Below are positions 18,196 to 27,527 of a DNA stretch of 64,000 bases, piece after piece (positions within the stretch are counted from its first letter, which is position 1; every line of letters begins with the position of its first letter). Under the pieces are notes generated by a model, which had not been told where the DNA came from, ran no database searches, and was given only the letters and a program-made list of their open reading frames with translations. The DNA is from Nitrospira sp. Lineage in GTDB: Bacteria > Nitrospirota > Nitrospiria > Nitrospirales > Nitrospiraceae. Position numbers and translations under genes: made by a program. The stretch spans positions 603 through 64,602 of the forward strand of contig JAOUGT010000001.1 of the NCBI GenBank assembly GCA_029865485.1, written 5' to 3'.

Positions 18196-18855
18196 CTAGA
18201 AATGATACGACAGTCCACCAAGAATATGTTGCGCACGGTAATTGCCGCTGAATCCACCGTCGGAACCAAACGCTCCATCAAACGTGAACGTTGCACCAGT
18301 GTATTTATACTCTCCAAAAATCGCGATTTTTGGCGTAATGAACGCCCGCAGACCTGTGAGTACGCTCCATGCTACGGCAACATCTGTGTCGCTTCTCACC
18401 GTAGCTGTATCTCCGATATGCGCAATAGCCGCACCAATCCCAACGCCGACATATGGCTGCACGGTACGGCCAGGATAACGCGCAATAAAGTTGGCCCCAA
18501 CAGTGGTCACTCGAAGGTGAACACCGGGATCAGCAGGGAGGGTCGCAGTCGGCGGCAATTCTTTAAGGTGCGGACTGGTGTGGAGAACCTCGCCTTCAAT
18601 GCCATACCAACTGTGGCCCGGGAAATATCCGATCTTAGCACCATAGGTGATCGAGTTTTGGAGATCAAAGTCTGTAAGTGGCCCAGAAACTCCGGCCTGG
18701 CTGCCTGTCCCGGCAACGCTATTAATGCGATCTGCAAAGTTCACCCCTGCGGTTCCAGCAACGTACATTTCAGCAGATGCCGGAATAGTCCAAGCGATGA
18801 TACCTGTGAACCCAAGTGCCACGAGGTTGATGAGACTCGTTCGGTTCTTTTCCAT
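18196..18855 (-). CDS. Outer membrane beta-barrel protein (small 8-stranded OMP type)
   Basis: Signal peptide ASA|E, PYVGVGIG, C-terminal beta-signal GLSYHF. Confidence 0.88.
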   Translation of the reverse strand: MEKNRTSLINLVALGFTGIIAWTIPASAEMYVAGTAGVNFADRINSVAGTGSQAGVSGPLTDFDLQNSITYGAKIGYFPGHSWYGIEGEVLHTSPHLKELPPTATLPADPGVHLRVTTVGANFIARYPGRTVQPYVGVGIGAAIAHIGDTATVRSDTDVAVAWSVLTGLRAFITPKIAIFGEYKYTGATFTFDGAFGSDGGFSGNYRAQHILGGLSYHF

Positions 18856-19137
18856 CTCCGACCTCCGTTGAGTCATCATACCAGAAGTTGTGTCAGTACA
18901 AGGGCCCCGATGAAGGCAAGACCTGGATCACCTCATCGCTGTTTTCTAACTATTCGTTTCCCATCATAATAAAACATCATGAATTCGGAAGCCTACAAGA
19001 TCTCTGGATGGTCACTCAATCCATCACACCCGTCGACATCTTCCCACTTGGACTCCGCATGCCACCTATGGTACATCACGTACGTGGTATAACCATGGCA
19101 ATCACATTCACGGGCATCATTTTGAACGGAGGTACTA

Positions 19138-19539
19138 ATGGGATTGATGGACCAAATGGGACAAGTCGTCGGTGGGCTCTTGGGCGGGCAGAGTGCACAG
19201 AACCCGCTGCTTCAAGCTGTCACCAGTTTACTGGAGAATAACAGCAACCTCGGTGGACTCGCTGGACTGGTTCAGGCCTTTCAGAAGAACGGATTGGGAG
19301 AGATGGTGAATTCGTGGGTCAGTACGGGGCAGAATATCCCGGCGACGCCGCAACACATTGAGCAAGGGCTAGGAAGCGATCTGCTCAAGCAACTGGCTGG
19401 TAAGGCCGGGTTGTCTCCTCAAGATGTGAGCGCGCAGTTGTCCGACCTTCTTCCAAACTTGGTCGACAAGCTCACTCCGAACGGCAAGATCGAGGCTGGT
19501 CCACTGGAGCCACTCCTCAAACTGGTTCAGGGGAAGTAA
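19138..19539 (+). CDS. YidB/DUF937 family protein
   Basis: GGLAGLVQAF..NGLG..VNSWVSTGQN and LP.LVDKLTPNG. GGAGG RBS. Confidence 0.9.
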   Translation: MGLMDQMGQVVGGLLGGQSAQNPLLQAVTSLLENNSNLGGLAGLVQAFQKNGLGEMVNSWVSTGQNIPATPQHIEQGLGSDLLKQLAGKAGLSPQDVSAQLSDLLPNLVDKLTPNGKIEAGPLEPLLKLVQGK

Positions 19540-19552
19540 CAAACAGATCCCA

Positions 19553-19598
19553 TGTATCCCAATGGCCAGCATTCATCGATGTTGACCATTGGGATACA
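19553..19598. repeat. 20-bp-arm inverted repeat (hairpin) downstream of the yidB-like gene
   Basis: TGTATCCCAATGGCCAGCAT-6 nt-ATGTTGACCATTGGGATACA, 18/20 complementary, no U-tract. Confidence 0.8.
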
Positions 19599-19678
19599 CT
19601 GCCTTATCCTCTTAATACGCTTCGGAGGATAGGCGCGCCCAATGTAGCTGAAACAGAGTCTTCCGCAAACCCCACAGC

Positions 19679-20194
19679 ATGTCGTCCGACCCCGTCAAAC
19701 CCATCACGTCAAAACCAGAACCACGAGTACCAAACCGAGCTGTGGTCTGGATAGCAATCGGGTTGGTCTGCCTCTCGGTGATCTGGGGACTTCGGCCCCC
19801 CTCTCCACAAGAGACGCCGAGCAAAACCATGGCAGTACCAATTACACCGGATAAGGTTCCGTTGGTGACAGGGGAGGAATCTTTCAGTGACCTGTTTACA
19901 CAGGCCGGCTGCGCGGTCTGCCATGTGATCCCTGGCATTCCCGGTGCCGACGGCCAGGTCGGACCGCCCTTGATACTCGGAACAACTGGCCCCCAACGGC
20001 TCAAGGACTCGGCCTACCGTGGGGAAGCCAGGACAGTCCATGACTATATCGTGGAGTCCGTGTTGGATCCTCAGCGATTCGTGGTACCGGGATACCCGGA
20101 CCACACCATGCCGACCTGGTATGGATCTAAACTCAGCGCGCTAGCCCTTGAAAAGATCGCAGCGTATCTTGAACAGCAGGTGGGAGAAAACTAA
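19679..20194 (+). CDS. Membrane-anchored monoheme cytochrome c
   Basis: N-terminal TM helix, CAVCH, VGPPL, YIVES, distal TMP. Confidence 0.88.
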   Translation: MSSDPVKPITSKPEPRVPNRAVVWIAIGLVCLSVIWGLRPPSPQETPSKTMAVPITPDKVPLVTGEESFSDLFTQAGCAVCHVIPGIPGADGQVGPPLILGTTGPQRLKDSAYRGEARTVHDYIVESVLDPQRFVVPGYPDHTMPTWYGSKLSALALEKIAAYLEQQVGEN

Positions 20195-20220
20195 ACTGCC
20201 AGTCGAGGACCTATACGGGA

Positions 20221-21405
20221 TTATCGTTTTCGGAAGGGTGTGACGTTTCCGGAGGGTCCGCCTTGAATCTTGAACGCATCTGATCCTGGCCCCGACCCCG
20301 GCTGCTTATCAAGCAGCGCGTTGACGGCCTCATCGCCTTTGAGCCCTTCAAGCTTGATCTTCAGGCGCAGGTTATTCGCACTATCGGCATTGATCAGGGC
20401 CTGCTCCAGCGAAATCTTGTTCGCTTTATAAAGCTGGAACAAGACATGATCGAAGGTCTGACACCCTTCATCAGTTCCTTGTTCCATGGCTTCCTTCAAG
20501 GTATCGATCTCAGCCTTCTTGACCAAGTCCTTAATGCGTGGAGTATCCATCATGATTTCTAAGGCCGGCACGCGTTTCCCATCCAGCGACGGAATCAGCC
20601 GCTGCGAGATCACCGCCCGCAAGTTCAAGGAGAGCTGCAGATAGATCTGGGCATGACGTTCGACCGGGAAAAAGTTCATGATCCGTTCGATCGCCTGGTT
20701 CGCGTTATTGGAGTGCAGGGTGGCAATACAGAGGTGCCCGGTCTCGGCAAAGGTGATCGCGGCTTCCATCGTCTCGGTATCCCGCACCTCGCCGATCAGA
20801 ATCACATCTGGAGCTTGACGGAGGGTATTTTTCAGCGCGTTCTGAAACGTCAAGGTGTCAAACCCAACTTCACGCTGGGTGATGAGTGATTTCTTATGCT
20901 GGTGGACGAACTCAATCGGGTCCTCGACGGTGATGATATGGCCAGGATAAATGGTATTGCGGTGGTCGATCATCGCCGCCAGCGTCGTCGACTTTCCGGA
21001 GCCGGTCGCACCGACGACCAGTACCAAGCCACGCTTGGTCATCGCAATCTCTTTAATGATTGGAGGAAGTTCGAGCTGTTCAACTGTCTGGATTTCCGCC
21101 TTGATGTGACGAAATACCAGTCCGACATTGCCCCTCTGTCTGAAGATGTTGACGCGGAAACGGCCAAGTTCCTTGTAGTAGAGCGCCAGATTCATCTCCA
21201 TCTTTTCTTCGAATTCACTCCGCTGTTGCCCTCGCATGAGTGCCAACGCCAGCGCTTCAAGCTGCTCGTTCGTAAAGGGCGGTGTCTCCGTCCGCTCAGT
21301 GGCTCCATGCACCCGATAAATTGGCGGGGCGTCGATCGTTAAATACAAGTCTGACGCTTCGCGTTCCACCATGACTTTTAAGAGGCTTCGAACATCCATA
21401 CTCAT
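20221..21405 (-). CDS. pilU: Type IV pilus retraction ATPase PilU
   Basis: ASDLY, GATGSGKST, EDPIEF, QREVG.DT, LRQAPDVILIGEVRD, TLHSNNANQAIERI. Directly downstream of pilT. Confidence 0.93.
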   Translation of the reverse strand: MSMDVRSLLKVMVEREASDLYLTIDAPPIYRVHGATERTETPPFTNEQLEALALALMRGQQRSEFEEKMEMNLALYYKELGRFRVNIFRQRGNVGLVFRHIKAEIQTVEQLELPPIIKEIAMTKRGLVLVVGATGSGKSTTLAAMIDHRNTIYPGHIITVEDPIEFVHQHKKSLITQREVGFDTLTFQNALKNTLRQAPDVILIGEVRDTETMEAAITFAETGHLCIATLHSNNANQAIERIMNFFPVERHAQIYLQLSLNLRAVISQRLIPSLDGKRVPALEIMMDTPRIKDLVKKAEIDTLKEAMEQGTDEGCQTFDHVLFQLYKANKISLEQALINADSANNLRLKIKLEGLKGDEAVNALLDKQPGSGPGSDAFKIQGGPSGNVTPFRKR

Positions 21406-21419
21406 ACTCCGCTGTGACC

Positions 21420-22478
21420 TTATGCCGCTCCAGCCACCGACGCCCCAAACAGATTCGGATTCATGCTGCGCGACTGCGCTTCCGCCTTATGCACAACGCC
21501 ACGTGTCGCAAGATCAACCAAGGCCATGTCCATCGTTTGCATCCCGTCTTTTTGACTGGCCTGCATAATACCTGGAATTTGATGCAACTTGGCCTCACGA
21601 ATCAGATTCCGTACGGCCGTCGTTGCAACCATGACTTCTAACGCTGCGACCCGCCCTCCGGCCTTCTTCTTCAAGAGAGTTTGGGTGAGCACCGCCTCCA
21701 AAGCTTCGGAGAGCTGCGTCCTGATCTGCGCCTGCTGCGCCGGTGGGAATGCGTCAATGATGCGGTCGATCGTCTTGGGTGCGCTTGACGTGTGGAGGGT
21801 GCCAAAGACCAAGTGTCCGGTTTCCGCCGCAGTCAACGCCAGTTGAATGGTCTCCAAATCCCGCATTTCTCCCACGAGCACGATGTCTGGATCTTCACGC
21901 AGTGCCGATTTCAAGGCATTGGCGAACGAGAGGGTGTGCACACCCAGTTCGCGTTGATTGACCAAACACTTCTTGGATTTGTGAACAAACTCGATCGGGT
22001 CTTCAATCGTAATGATATGACCTTCAAACGTATTGTTCAGATAGTCCACCATCGCGGCCAGCGTCGTCGACTTTCCGGATCCCGTCGGTCCGGTCACCAA
22101 AATTAAGCCTTTTTCCTTGTCACACAGCTGCCTCAGAATCGGCGGCATGCCGAGCTTCTCCAGCGGAAGAATCGTCGTTGGAATGTTTCGGAAGACTGCG
22201 CCGAGCCCTCGCTGCTGGACAAAGACGTTGACACGGAACCGCGCGATGTCCCCAAGCTCAAAGGAAAAATCACATTCGCGTTTTTCCTCGAAGGACTTCC
22301 GCTGCGCATCGTTCATCATGTCGTAGATCAGTGCGTGTGTTTCATCAGGGCTCAGGGGTGGGTGGTCGAGTTTTTTGAGATCCCCGTGAATACGGATCAT
22401 CGGGGGCTCGCCCGCACTGATATGACAATCGGATGCACCTTCTTTGACCGAGAACGTCAGCAGTTTGGAAATATCCAT
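21420..22478 (-). CDS. pilT: Type IV pilus retraction ATPase PilT
   Basis: GPTGSGKST, ALREDPD, GEMRD, AETGHLVFGTLHT, AVRNLIRE, GMQTMD. Confidence 0.96.
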   Translation of the reverse strand: MDISKLLTFSVKEGASDCHISAGEPPMIRIHGDLKKLDHPPLSPDETHALIYDMMNDAQRKSFEEKRECDFSFELGDIARFRVNVFVQQRGLGAVFRNIPTTILPLEKLGMPPILRQLCDKEKGLILVTGPTGSGKSTTLAAMVDYLNNTFEGHIITIEDPIEFVHKSKKCLVNQRELGVHTLSFANALKSALREDPDIVLVGEMRDLETIQLALTAAETGHLVFGTLHTSSAPKTIDRIIDAFPPAQQAQIRTQLSEALEAVLTQTLLKKKAGGRVAALEVMVATTAVRNLIREAKLHQIPGIMQASQKDGMQTMDMALVDLATRGVVHKAEAQSRSMNPNLFGASVAGAA

Positions 22479-22595
22479 TCCATGTGACCCCTGGTAAATG
22501 GGTTAGAGCGAGGATGGAAATACCCTGGCATCATGCCACAGCACTCACCGAAAGCAAGAAAATAGCCGGAACGCGCCGATCAAGCTGGCGCAAGT

Positions 22596-23768
22596 TTAGA
22601 GCAGGCCAGTTTCACGACCAGCGAGCGTCACGGCCTGCAAGGCCTCGTCAAGCTGGTCCGTGGTGTGCGTGGCAGTCACTGTGAACCGGACCCGACTCGT
22701 CCCATCAGGCACAGTCGGCGGCCGAATCGCAGTGGCATAGACCCCGTGGGCGAGCAGGCGATCAGCGAACGCGGAGGCCTTGGCTGCGTCGCCGATCAAA
22801 ACCGGGAGAATGGGGCTGACGGTGGGTGTCAGACGAAACCCTTGGTTCTGCAGCCCATTGAACAGGTGTTGGCGATTCGCCCACAGTCGATCTCGCCGCT
22901 CCGGCTCCCGCTCAACGACAGTGATGGCGGCCGAGGCCGCCGCTGTGATGGCAGGGGGAATCGCCGTGGTAAAAATAAAAGACCGAGCCACATTGAGTAA
23001 GTACTGCACAAAGTCATTGGATCCAACGACATATGCCCCATAGCTACCTAATGCCTTACTGAGTGTTCCCATATGAAAGGGGATTCGACCCTCCAGGCCG
23101 AACTGCTCAATCGTGCCACGACCGGTGGCCCCCATGATACCGGTTCCATGGGCATCATCCACATACAACATCGCATCGTACCGTTCAGCCAGCTCAACCA
23201 AATCTGCCAGCGGCGCCAAATCGCCGTCCATGCTGAAGAGGCCTTCCGTGATGATCAGGGTACGACGAGTGCTGGTCCGCCGTCGCAGAAGCGTTTCGAG
23301 ATGTGCACAATCACCGTGCCGAAACAGCCGGAAATCGGCCTGACTCAATCGACAGCCATCAATCAGACTGGCATGACACAAGCGGTCGGCAAGAATAAGG
23401 TCACCCCGGCCGATCAGATTGGGGATCACGCCGATGTTGGCGAGGTATCCAGCCCCGAATACCAACGACGCATCTGCTCGTTTGAACCTTGCGAGCGCTG
23501 CTTCCAGGTTGGCATGAGGAGGAAGCGTACCACTGACCAGCCGCGATGCCCCGGATCCTGCCCCATACCGTTCTGTTGCCTTGACGGCGGCTTGCACCAC
23601 GTCAGGATGCGTGGCAAGGCCAAGATAGTCGTTGGACGACAGCAGGATCACCGGACGTCCCGCATAGGTTACGATTGGTCCTGTGGCGGACTCCAATGGT
23701 GACAGCGAGCGTCGTAATGATTGATCGGTAAGTTGTTGGAGGATGGCTTGAAAGTGATCACTCAACAC
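22596..23768 (-). CDS. bioF: 8-amino-7-oxononanoate synthase
   Basis: SSNDYLGL, GSGASRLVSG, HASLIDG, FSMDGD, DDAHG, GTLSKALG, IRPPTVP. Start placed at GTG 23768 (GGAG RBS). Confidence 0.92.
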   Translation of the reverse strand: MLSDHFQAILQQLTDQSLRRSLSPLESATGPIVTYAGRPVILLSSNDYLGLATHPDVVQAAVKATERYGAGSGASRLVSGTLPPHANLEAALARFKRADASLVFGAGYLANIGVIPNLIGRGDLILADRLCHASLIDGCRLSQADFRLFRHGDCAHLETLLRRRTSTRRTLIITEGLFSMDGDLAPLADLVELAERYDAMLYVDDAHGTGIMGATGRGTIEQFGLEGRIPFHMGTLSKALGSYGAYVVGSNDFVQYLLNVARSFIFTTAIPPAITAAASAAITVVEREPERRDRLWANRQHLFNGLQNQGFRLTPTVSPILPVLIGDAAKASAFADRLLAHGVYATAIRPPTVPDGTSRVRFTVTATHTTDQLDEALQAVTLAGRETGLL

Positions 23769-23830
23769 AGTGATTCTCCAACGCGTCGGTTCTCGGAGCG
23801 GCTTGCCCCTCCCTCCATGCTTCGATTGCA

Positions 23831-23860
23831 TTGACAAGGTGCGCTATCGTTCAGTATAAA
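23831..23860 (+). promoter_or_regulatory. Sigma70-type promoter of the TPR gene
   Basis: TTGACA-18 nt-TATAAA, ~60 nt upstream of ATG 23919. Confidence 0.65.
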
Positions 23861-23918
23861 ACAACGGTTCTTAGGACAGAAAGCCAGTCTTGATTCGCAA
23901 AGGAGTGAATGCGGCCAG

Positions 23919-24683
23919 ATGACGTACCGAATAAAAGTTCCGCCTCGCACCTTACCCGTTGGTGAAGAACAGCTCGTAAGCGGCCTGGAGCACTGGCTGA
24001 TCGGGCTCAGAAGCTATCGATGGTCCTTGGGTATCGGATTTGTGCTGATCCTCCTGATGGGAATGGGTCTGTGGGGATTGTTCTGGTACGAGGAACAAAA
24101 CGCCAGTAAGGCCCAAGAGCTTGAGCGGGAAGCAACACTCCGCCTGTTTACGCGGCCATCTAACGACCCGCAAAAAACAGCCACGAACCTGAAAGAGGCG
24201 ATTGCACTATATAAACAGGTGCTCGATGAGTACCCGCGTACGCCGACAGCCCCACTTGTGCAATTCAGCATTGGAAATGCATTCCTTCAATCCAACGACG
24301 TGGACTCGGCGATTGATGCGTACAAACGATTTACATCCGCGTATGGATCCAACACGTCGCTCCTTGGGCTGGTGTACCAAAAGTTGGGGTATGCGTATCT
24401 TGTGAAAGGAGATCCCGACCAGGCAGCCAACGCCTACTCGTCGATACTCAATATGCCTGGGGCTTTGAACCGAGACTATGCGCTGTTTGAACTCGCTCGA
24501 CTTGAAGAAAACAGATCGAAACCCGACGAGGCCGTGAAGCATTATCAAGAGCTCCTGAAGGGATACCCCAATTCGCCACTCACGAGTGAGGCCGCAGTTC
24601 GTGTAAAGGTCATCGAGGCCAAGAAAAACCCAGAGCCTGCTCCGGCGGCTGCATCAGCCCCCTCCAAGCCTTCCAAACCGTAG
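23919..24683 (+). CDS. Membrane-anchored TPR protein (YfgM/CpoB-like)
   Basis: Single TM helix followed by TPR_6-like repeats (YPRTP, YPNSP). Confidence 0.8.
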   Translation: MTYRIKVPPRTLPVGEEQLVSGLEHWLIGLRSYRWSLGIGFVLILLMGMGLWGLFWYEEQNASKAQELEREATLRLFTRPSNDPQKTATNLKEAIALYKQVLDEYPRTPTAPLVQFSIGNAFLQSNDVDSAIDAYKRFTSAYGSNTSLLGLVYQKLGYAYLVKGDPDQAANAYSSILNMPGALNRDYALFELARLEENRSKPDEAVKHYQELLKGYPNSPLTSEAAVRVKVIEAKKNPEPAPAAASAPSKPSKP

Positions 24684-24704
24684 GCGTTAGTCTGTCAACA
24701 CAAC

Positions 24705-24738
24705 GCAGTGGGCATCCTCATGGGAGGATGCCCACTGC
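24705..24738. terminator. Perfect 15-bp hairpin between convergent genes
   Basis: GCAGTGGGCATCCTC-ATGG-GAGGATGCCCACTGC; lacks a clear U-tract. Confidence 0.65.
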
Positions 24739-26057
24739 TAACGGGTAAGATTGAGCAACTCACCAGCTCGAATGACTGGGCCTGAAATATTATTGCGAGC
24801 CTTAATTGTCTTGATGGGAATTCCGAACTTTCTTGAAATCTTTTGAAGTGTGTCGCCCATCCGAACTCGGTACCAGCGTGAGGCACTGACCTTAGGACGT
24901 GAGACCTCTCGATCCGTCATCATTGCGAGAGGGGGAAACTTGTGCGCAGGAACTCGTTCAAGTAAATCCAGCACTTTTGAACCCGTACCCACCGGAACCT
25001 TCAGATGATACCCGGTCTCGTCCGGAGGCGTTGCATCCCGCCGAAGTTCTGGATTGAGGAGCCGAAGATCATTGTACGAAATGCCGGTCACGTTTGAAAT
25101 GGCCCGGAAATGTAACGGGCGGGTCACGACGACTTCCTCAAACTCATGAGGAGGAACCGGATTTTGAGCAAACCCGTATTGATCGGGGTTCCTGGCAATG
25201 ATCGTCGCAGCCATAATTCGCGGCACATACTGCTTTGTTTCCAGCCGGATCAACTTGGTCCGTGAGATCTCGGAAAACGATTCAGCTTGGGCCTTGTGAA
25301 GCGCGCGTGACACCTTTCCTTCTCCGGCATTGTAGGCTGCCATTGCTAAAGGCCAGGTTCCGAAAATGTCATATAAGTCCCTGAGATACCGAGCTGCTGC
25401 CACTGTCGATTTAATCGGATCTCGCCGTTCATCGACATAATGATCGATACGTAACCCGTACAGTTTTCCTGTGCCTTTCATAAACTGCCATGGCCCCGTC
25501 GCTTTGGCCCTTGAGTAGGCGTACGGGTTGAACCCACTCTCAACCAAGGACAAATGCACGAGATCGCTTGGAAGGTTGAATTCTGCAAAGATGTCTTCCA
25601 CCAGCGGGCGGTACCGGTTGAACCGCACAAGCCACTGGTCGAATCGATCCCGAATTAAGGTGTTAAAAAAACGGATGTGGCTCTGCACCGACTGGTCAAT
25701 AACCACTGGGATGTTATAGAGCGTCTCCTCAGTCTCTGATGATCCTGCACTTGCCGTGGCCGCAGGTGTCTCACCAGCGTTGTCGCTAGAGGACGAATTG
25801 TCGCTAGAGGAAAGCTCTGGAGGCGACGCAGTCAACTCAGGTTCTAAGGGAATCAGATTCGGATCCAGATCATCGCCAGTTTCCTGAGCCCCATCGATCC
25901 CTTCAAGAGAAGCATCCTGACCGGGAGGGGCGGGTGACGGGGAAGACGGGTTCACAAAAGGTGTGTCTTGCGCAAAACCCCGACAGGGAAGTACGAGTAA
26001 AATACACCCAATCGCACATGTGGTCAAAATTTCAGGAGTCCAACGTAATCGCTTCAC
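24738..26057 (-). CDS. mltD: Lytic murein transglycosylase, MltD-like (SLT + LysM)
   Basis: LVESGF, A.GPWQFM, VDERRDP..ST.AA.RYL, AAYNAG, ETKQYVP, C-terminal LysM. Start placed at GTG 26057 (GGAGG RBS). Confidence 0.9.
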   Translation of the reverse strand: MKRLRWTPEILTTCAIGCILLVLPCRGFAQDTPFVNPSSPSPAPPGQDASLEGIDGAQETGDDLDPNLIPLEPELTASPPELSSSDNSSSSDNAGETPAATASAGSSETEETLYNIPVVIDQSVQSHIRFFNTLIRDRFDQWLVRFNRYRPLVEDIFAEFNLPSDLVHLSLVESGFNPYAYSRAKATGPWQFMKGTGKLYGLRIDHYVDERRDPIKSTVAAARYLRDLYDIFGTWPLAMAAYNAGEGKVSRALHKAQAESFSEISRTKLIRLETKQYVPRIMAATIIARNPDQYGFAQNPVPPHEFEEVVVTRPLHFRAISNVTGISYNDLRLLNPELRRDATPPDETGYHLKVPVGTGSKVLDLLERVPAHKFPPLAMMTDREVSRPKVSASRWYRVRMGDTLQKISRKFGIPIKTIKARNNISGPVIRAGELLNLTR

Positions 26058-26088
26058 GCACGTCACCTCCGGAGACAACATGAGTGAG

Positions 26089-26117
26089 AGCCTATCGGTC
26101 CCTCGCACACTTGTCAA
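26089..26117 (-). promoter_or_regulatory. Sigma70-type promoter of the mltD-like gene
   Basis: Minus strand TTGACA-17 nt-TAGGCT. Confidence 0.6.
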
Positions 26118-26273
26118 GAAGCTGACCAGACACCCGATGCGTTCCTCATTCTGGTCCGAATGAGACCCCAAGAGCTATTAACTCCGTTTGGGTGACTGAA
26201 TCCCACCAAACGGGCGGTCGGCTAACACCGTGAGAAAACCTGGTTATGACAGGCAAATCGGCTGTTCAATTCC

Positions 26274-26303
26274 TTGACAGGCTCCCAGGTCAAATGGTAG
26301 CGT
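26274..26303 (+). promoter_or_regulatory. Sigma70-type promoter of the aminotransferase-serA operon
   Basis: TTGACA-18 nt-TAGCGT with extended TGn. Confidence 0.55.
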
Positions 26304-26367
26304 ACGCGCTTTCCAGACATCTATCCTACCGAATTTACATTGTTATTTTGTGAGGAGGTATTGATCA

Positions 26368-27510
26368 ATGCTGAAGCGCTATCTCTTGGCCCCTGGCCCG
26401 ACGCCCGTCCCCCCAGAGGTGTTGCTGGCGATGGCTCGTCCGATGATCCATCACCGCGCCCCCGAATTCGACCCGATCTTTGCCGAGGTGCGTGAGGGGC
26501 TGAAGTGGCTGTTTCAGACCAGGAACGATGTTCTGATGCTGGCAGCATCCGGCACCGGGGGGATGGAAGGATCCGTCTCCAACTTCTTATCGCCTGGAGA
26601 CAAGGCCCTCTGTGTCAATGCCGGCAAGTTTGGCGAGCGCTGGGGCAAACTCTGTAAAACCTTTGGGGTACAGCCTATTGAGCTCAAAGTTGAATGGGGC
26701 CATGCGGTCAATCCTCAACAGGTTGCCGATGCGCTGAAAAAAGATCCCTCGATCAAGGCTGTGTACATACAGGCCAGTGAGACCTCAACGGGAGTCTCTC
26801 ACGATGTCAAAGCGCTGGGTGAAATTGTCAAGGGCTACGAAAACACCATTTTGGTGGTCGATGCGATTACCGCACTTGGCGTGTTCGATATCAAGACCGA
26901 CGCCTGGGGCTTGGATGTCGTGATCACCGGTTCACAAAAGGCCCTGATGCTTCCTCCGGGTATGGCTTTCGTCAGCGTGAGTGAGAAAGCGTGGGCCTTG
27001 GCCGACAAGGCCAAGAATACGGCCTTTTATTTCAATTTCAAAAAAGAACGTGAGAATCAAGTCAAGAATCAGACCGCCTTCACGCCGACCGTTTCTCTGA
27101 TCGTCGGACTCCAAGAAGTGTTTCGAATCATGAAGACCGAGGGGCTGGACAACATGTTTGCCCGACAAGGACGGTTGGCCCACGCCATGCGTGAAGGGAT
27201 CAAAGCCGCCGGTTTGGCACTGTTTCCCAAAGAATCCCCCAGCGATGCCTTGACCGCAGTCTGCGCCCCGGAGGGAGTCGATGGACAAGCCATCTATAAG
27301 AACCTCCGTGTCCAATACGGCATGACCGCTGCTGGCGGGCAAGATCATCTCAAGGGGAAGATTTTCCGCCTCTCTCACATGGGATACGCGGATTCGTTCG
27401 ATGTCATCGCCGCATTAGCTGCGACAGAAATGGTTCTAAAAGGCCTCGGCCATCCCGTCAAATTAGGCAGCGGGGTCGGGAAGGCGCAAGAAATCTTGAT
27501 GGCAAAGTAA
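26368..27510 (+). CDS. Class V PLP aminotransferase (serine-glyoxylate/alanine-glyoxylate family; probable phosphoserine aminotransferase role)
   Basis: PGPT, SGTGGME, GKFGERW, SETSTG, VVDAI, GSQKALMLPPG, FRLSHMG. Adjacent to serA. Confidence 0.9.
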   Translation: MLKRYLLAPGPTPVPPEVLLAMARPMIHHRAPEFDPIFAEVREGLKWLFQTRNDVLMLAASGTGGMEGSVSNFLSPGDKALCVNAGKFGERWGKLCKTFGVQPIELKVEWGHAVNPQQVADALKKDPSIKAVYIQASETSTGVSHDVKALGEIVKGYENTILVVDAITALGVFDIKTDAWGLDVVITGSQKALMLPPGMAFVSVSEKAWALADKAKNTAFYFNFKKERENQVKNQTAFTPTVSLIVGLQEVFRIMKTEGLDNMFARQGRLAHAMREGIKAAGLALFPKESPSDALTAVCAPEGVDGQAIYKNLRVQYGMTAAGGQDHLKGKIFRLSHMGYADSFDVIAALAATEMVLKGLGHPVKLGSGVGKAQEILMAK

Positions 27511-27527
27511 CCACGGTGAGGAGTGAC

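Noticed and set aside
17722-18969. Long 415-aa plus-strand ORF, and similar antisense ORFs at 27375-28571, 54298-55461 and 59280-60308
   Set aside because: These are shadows of well-supported genes on the opposite strand, with no recognisable motifs.
25780-25812. 18-bp tandem duplication in the mltD-like gene
   Set aside because: Two copies in a Ser-rich linker, which is ordinary low-complexity sequence. It is not an array.
26185-26235. c-di-AMP (ydaO) or ZTP riboswitch fragments
   Set aside because: Only short partial motifs match. Order and strand do not fit, and the region lies upstream of the predicted promoters.
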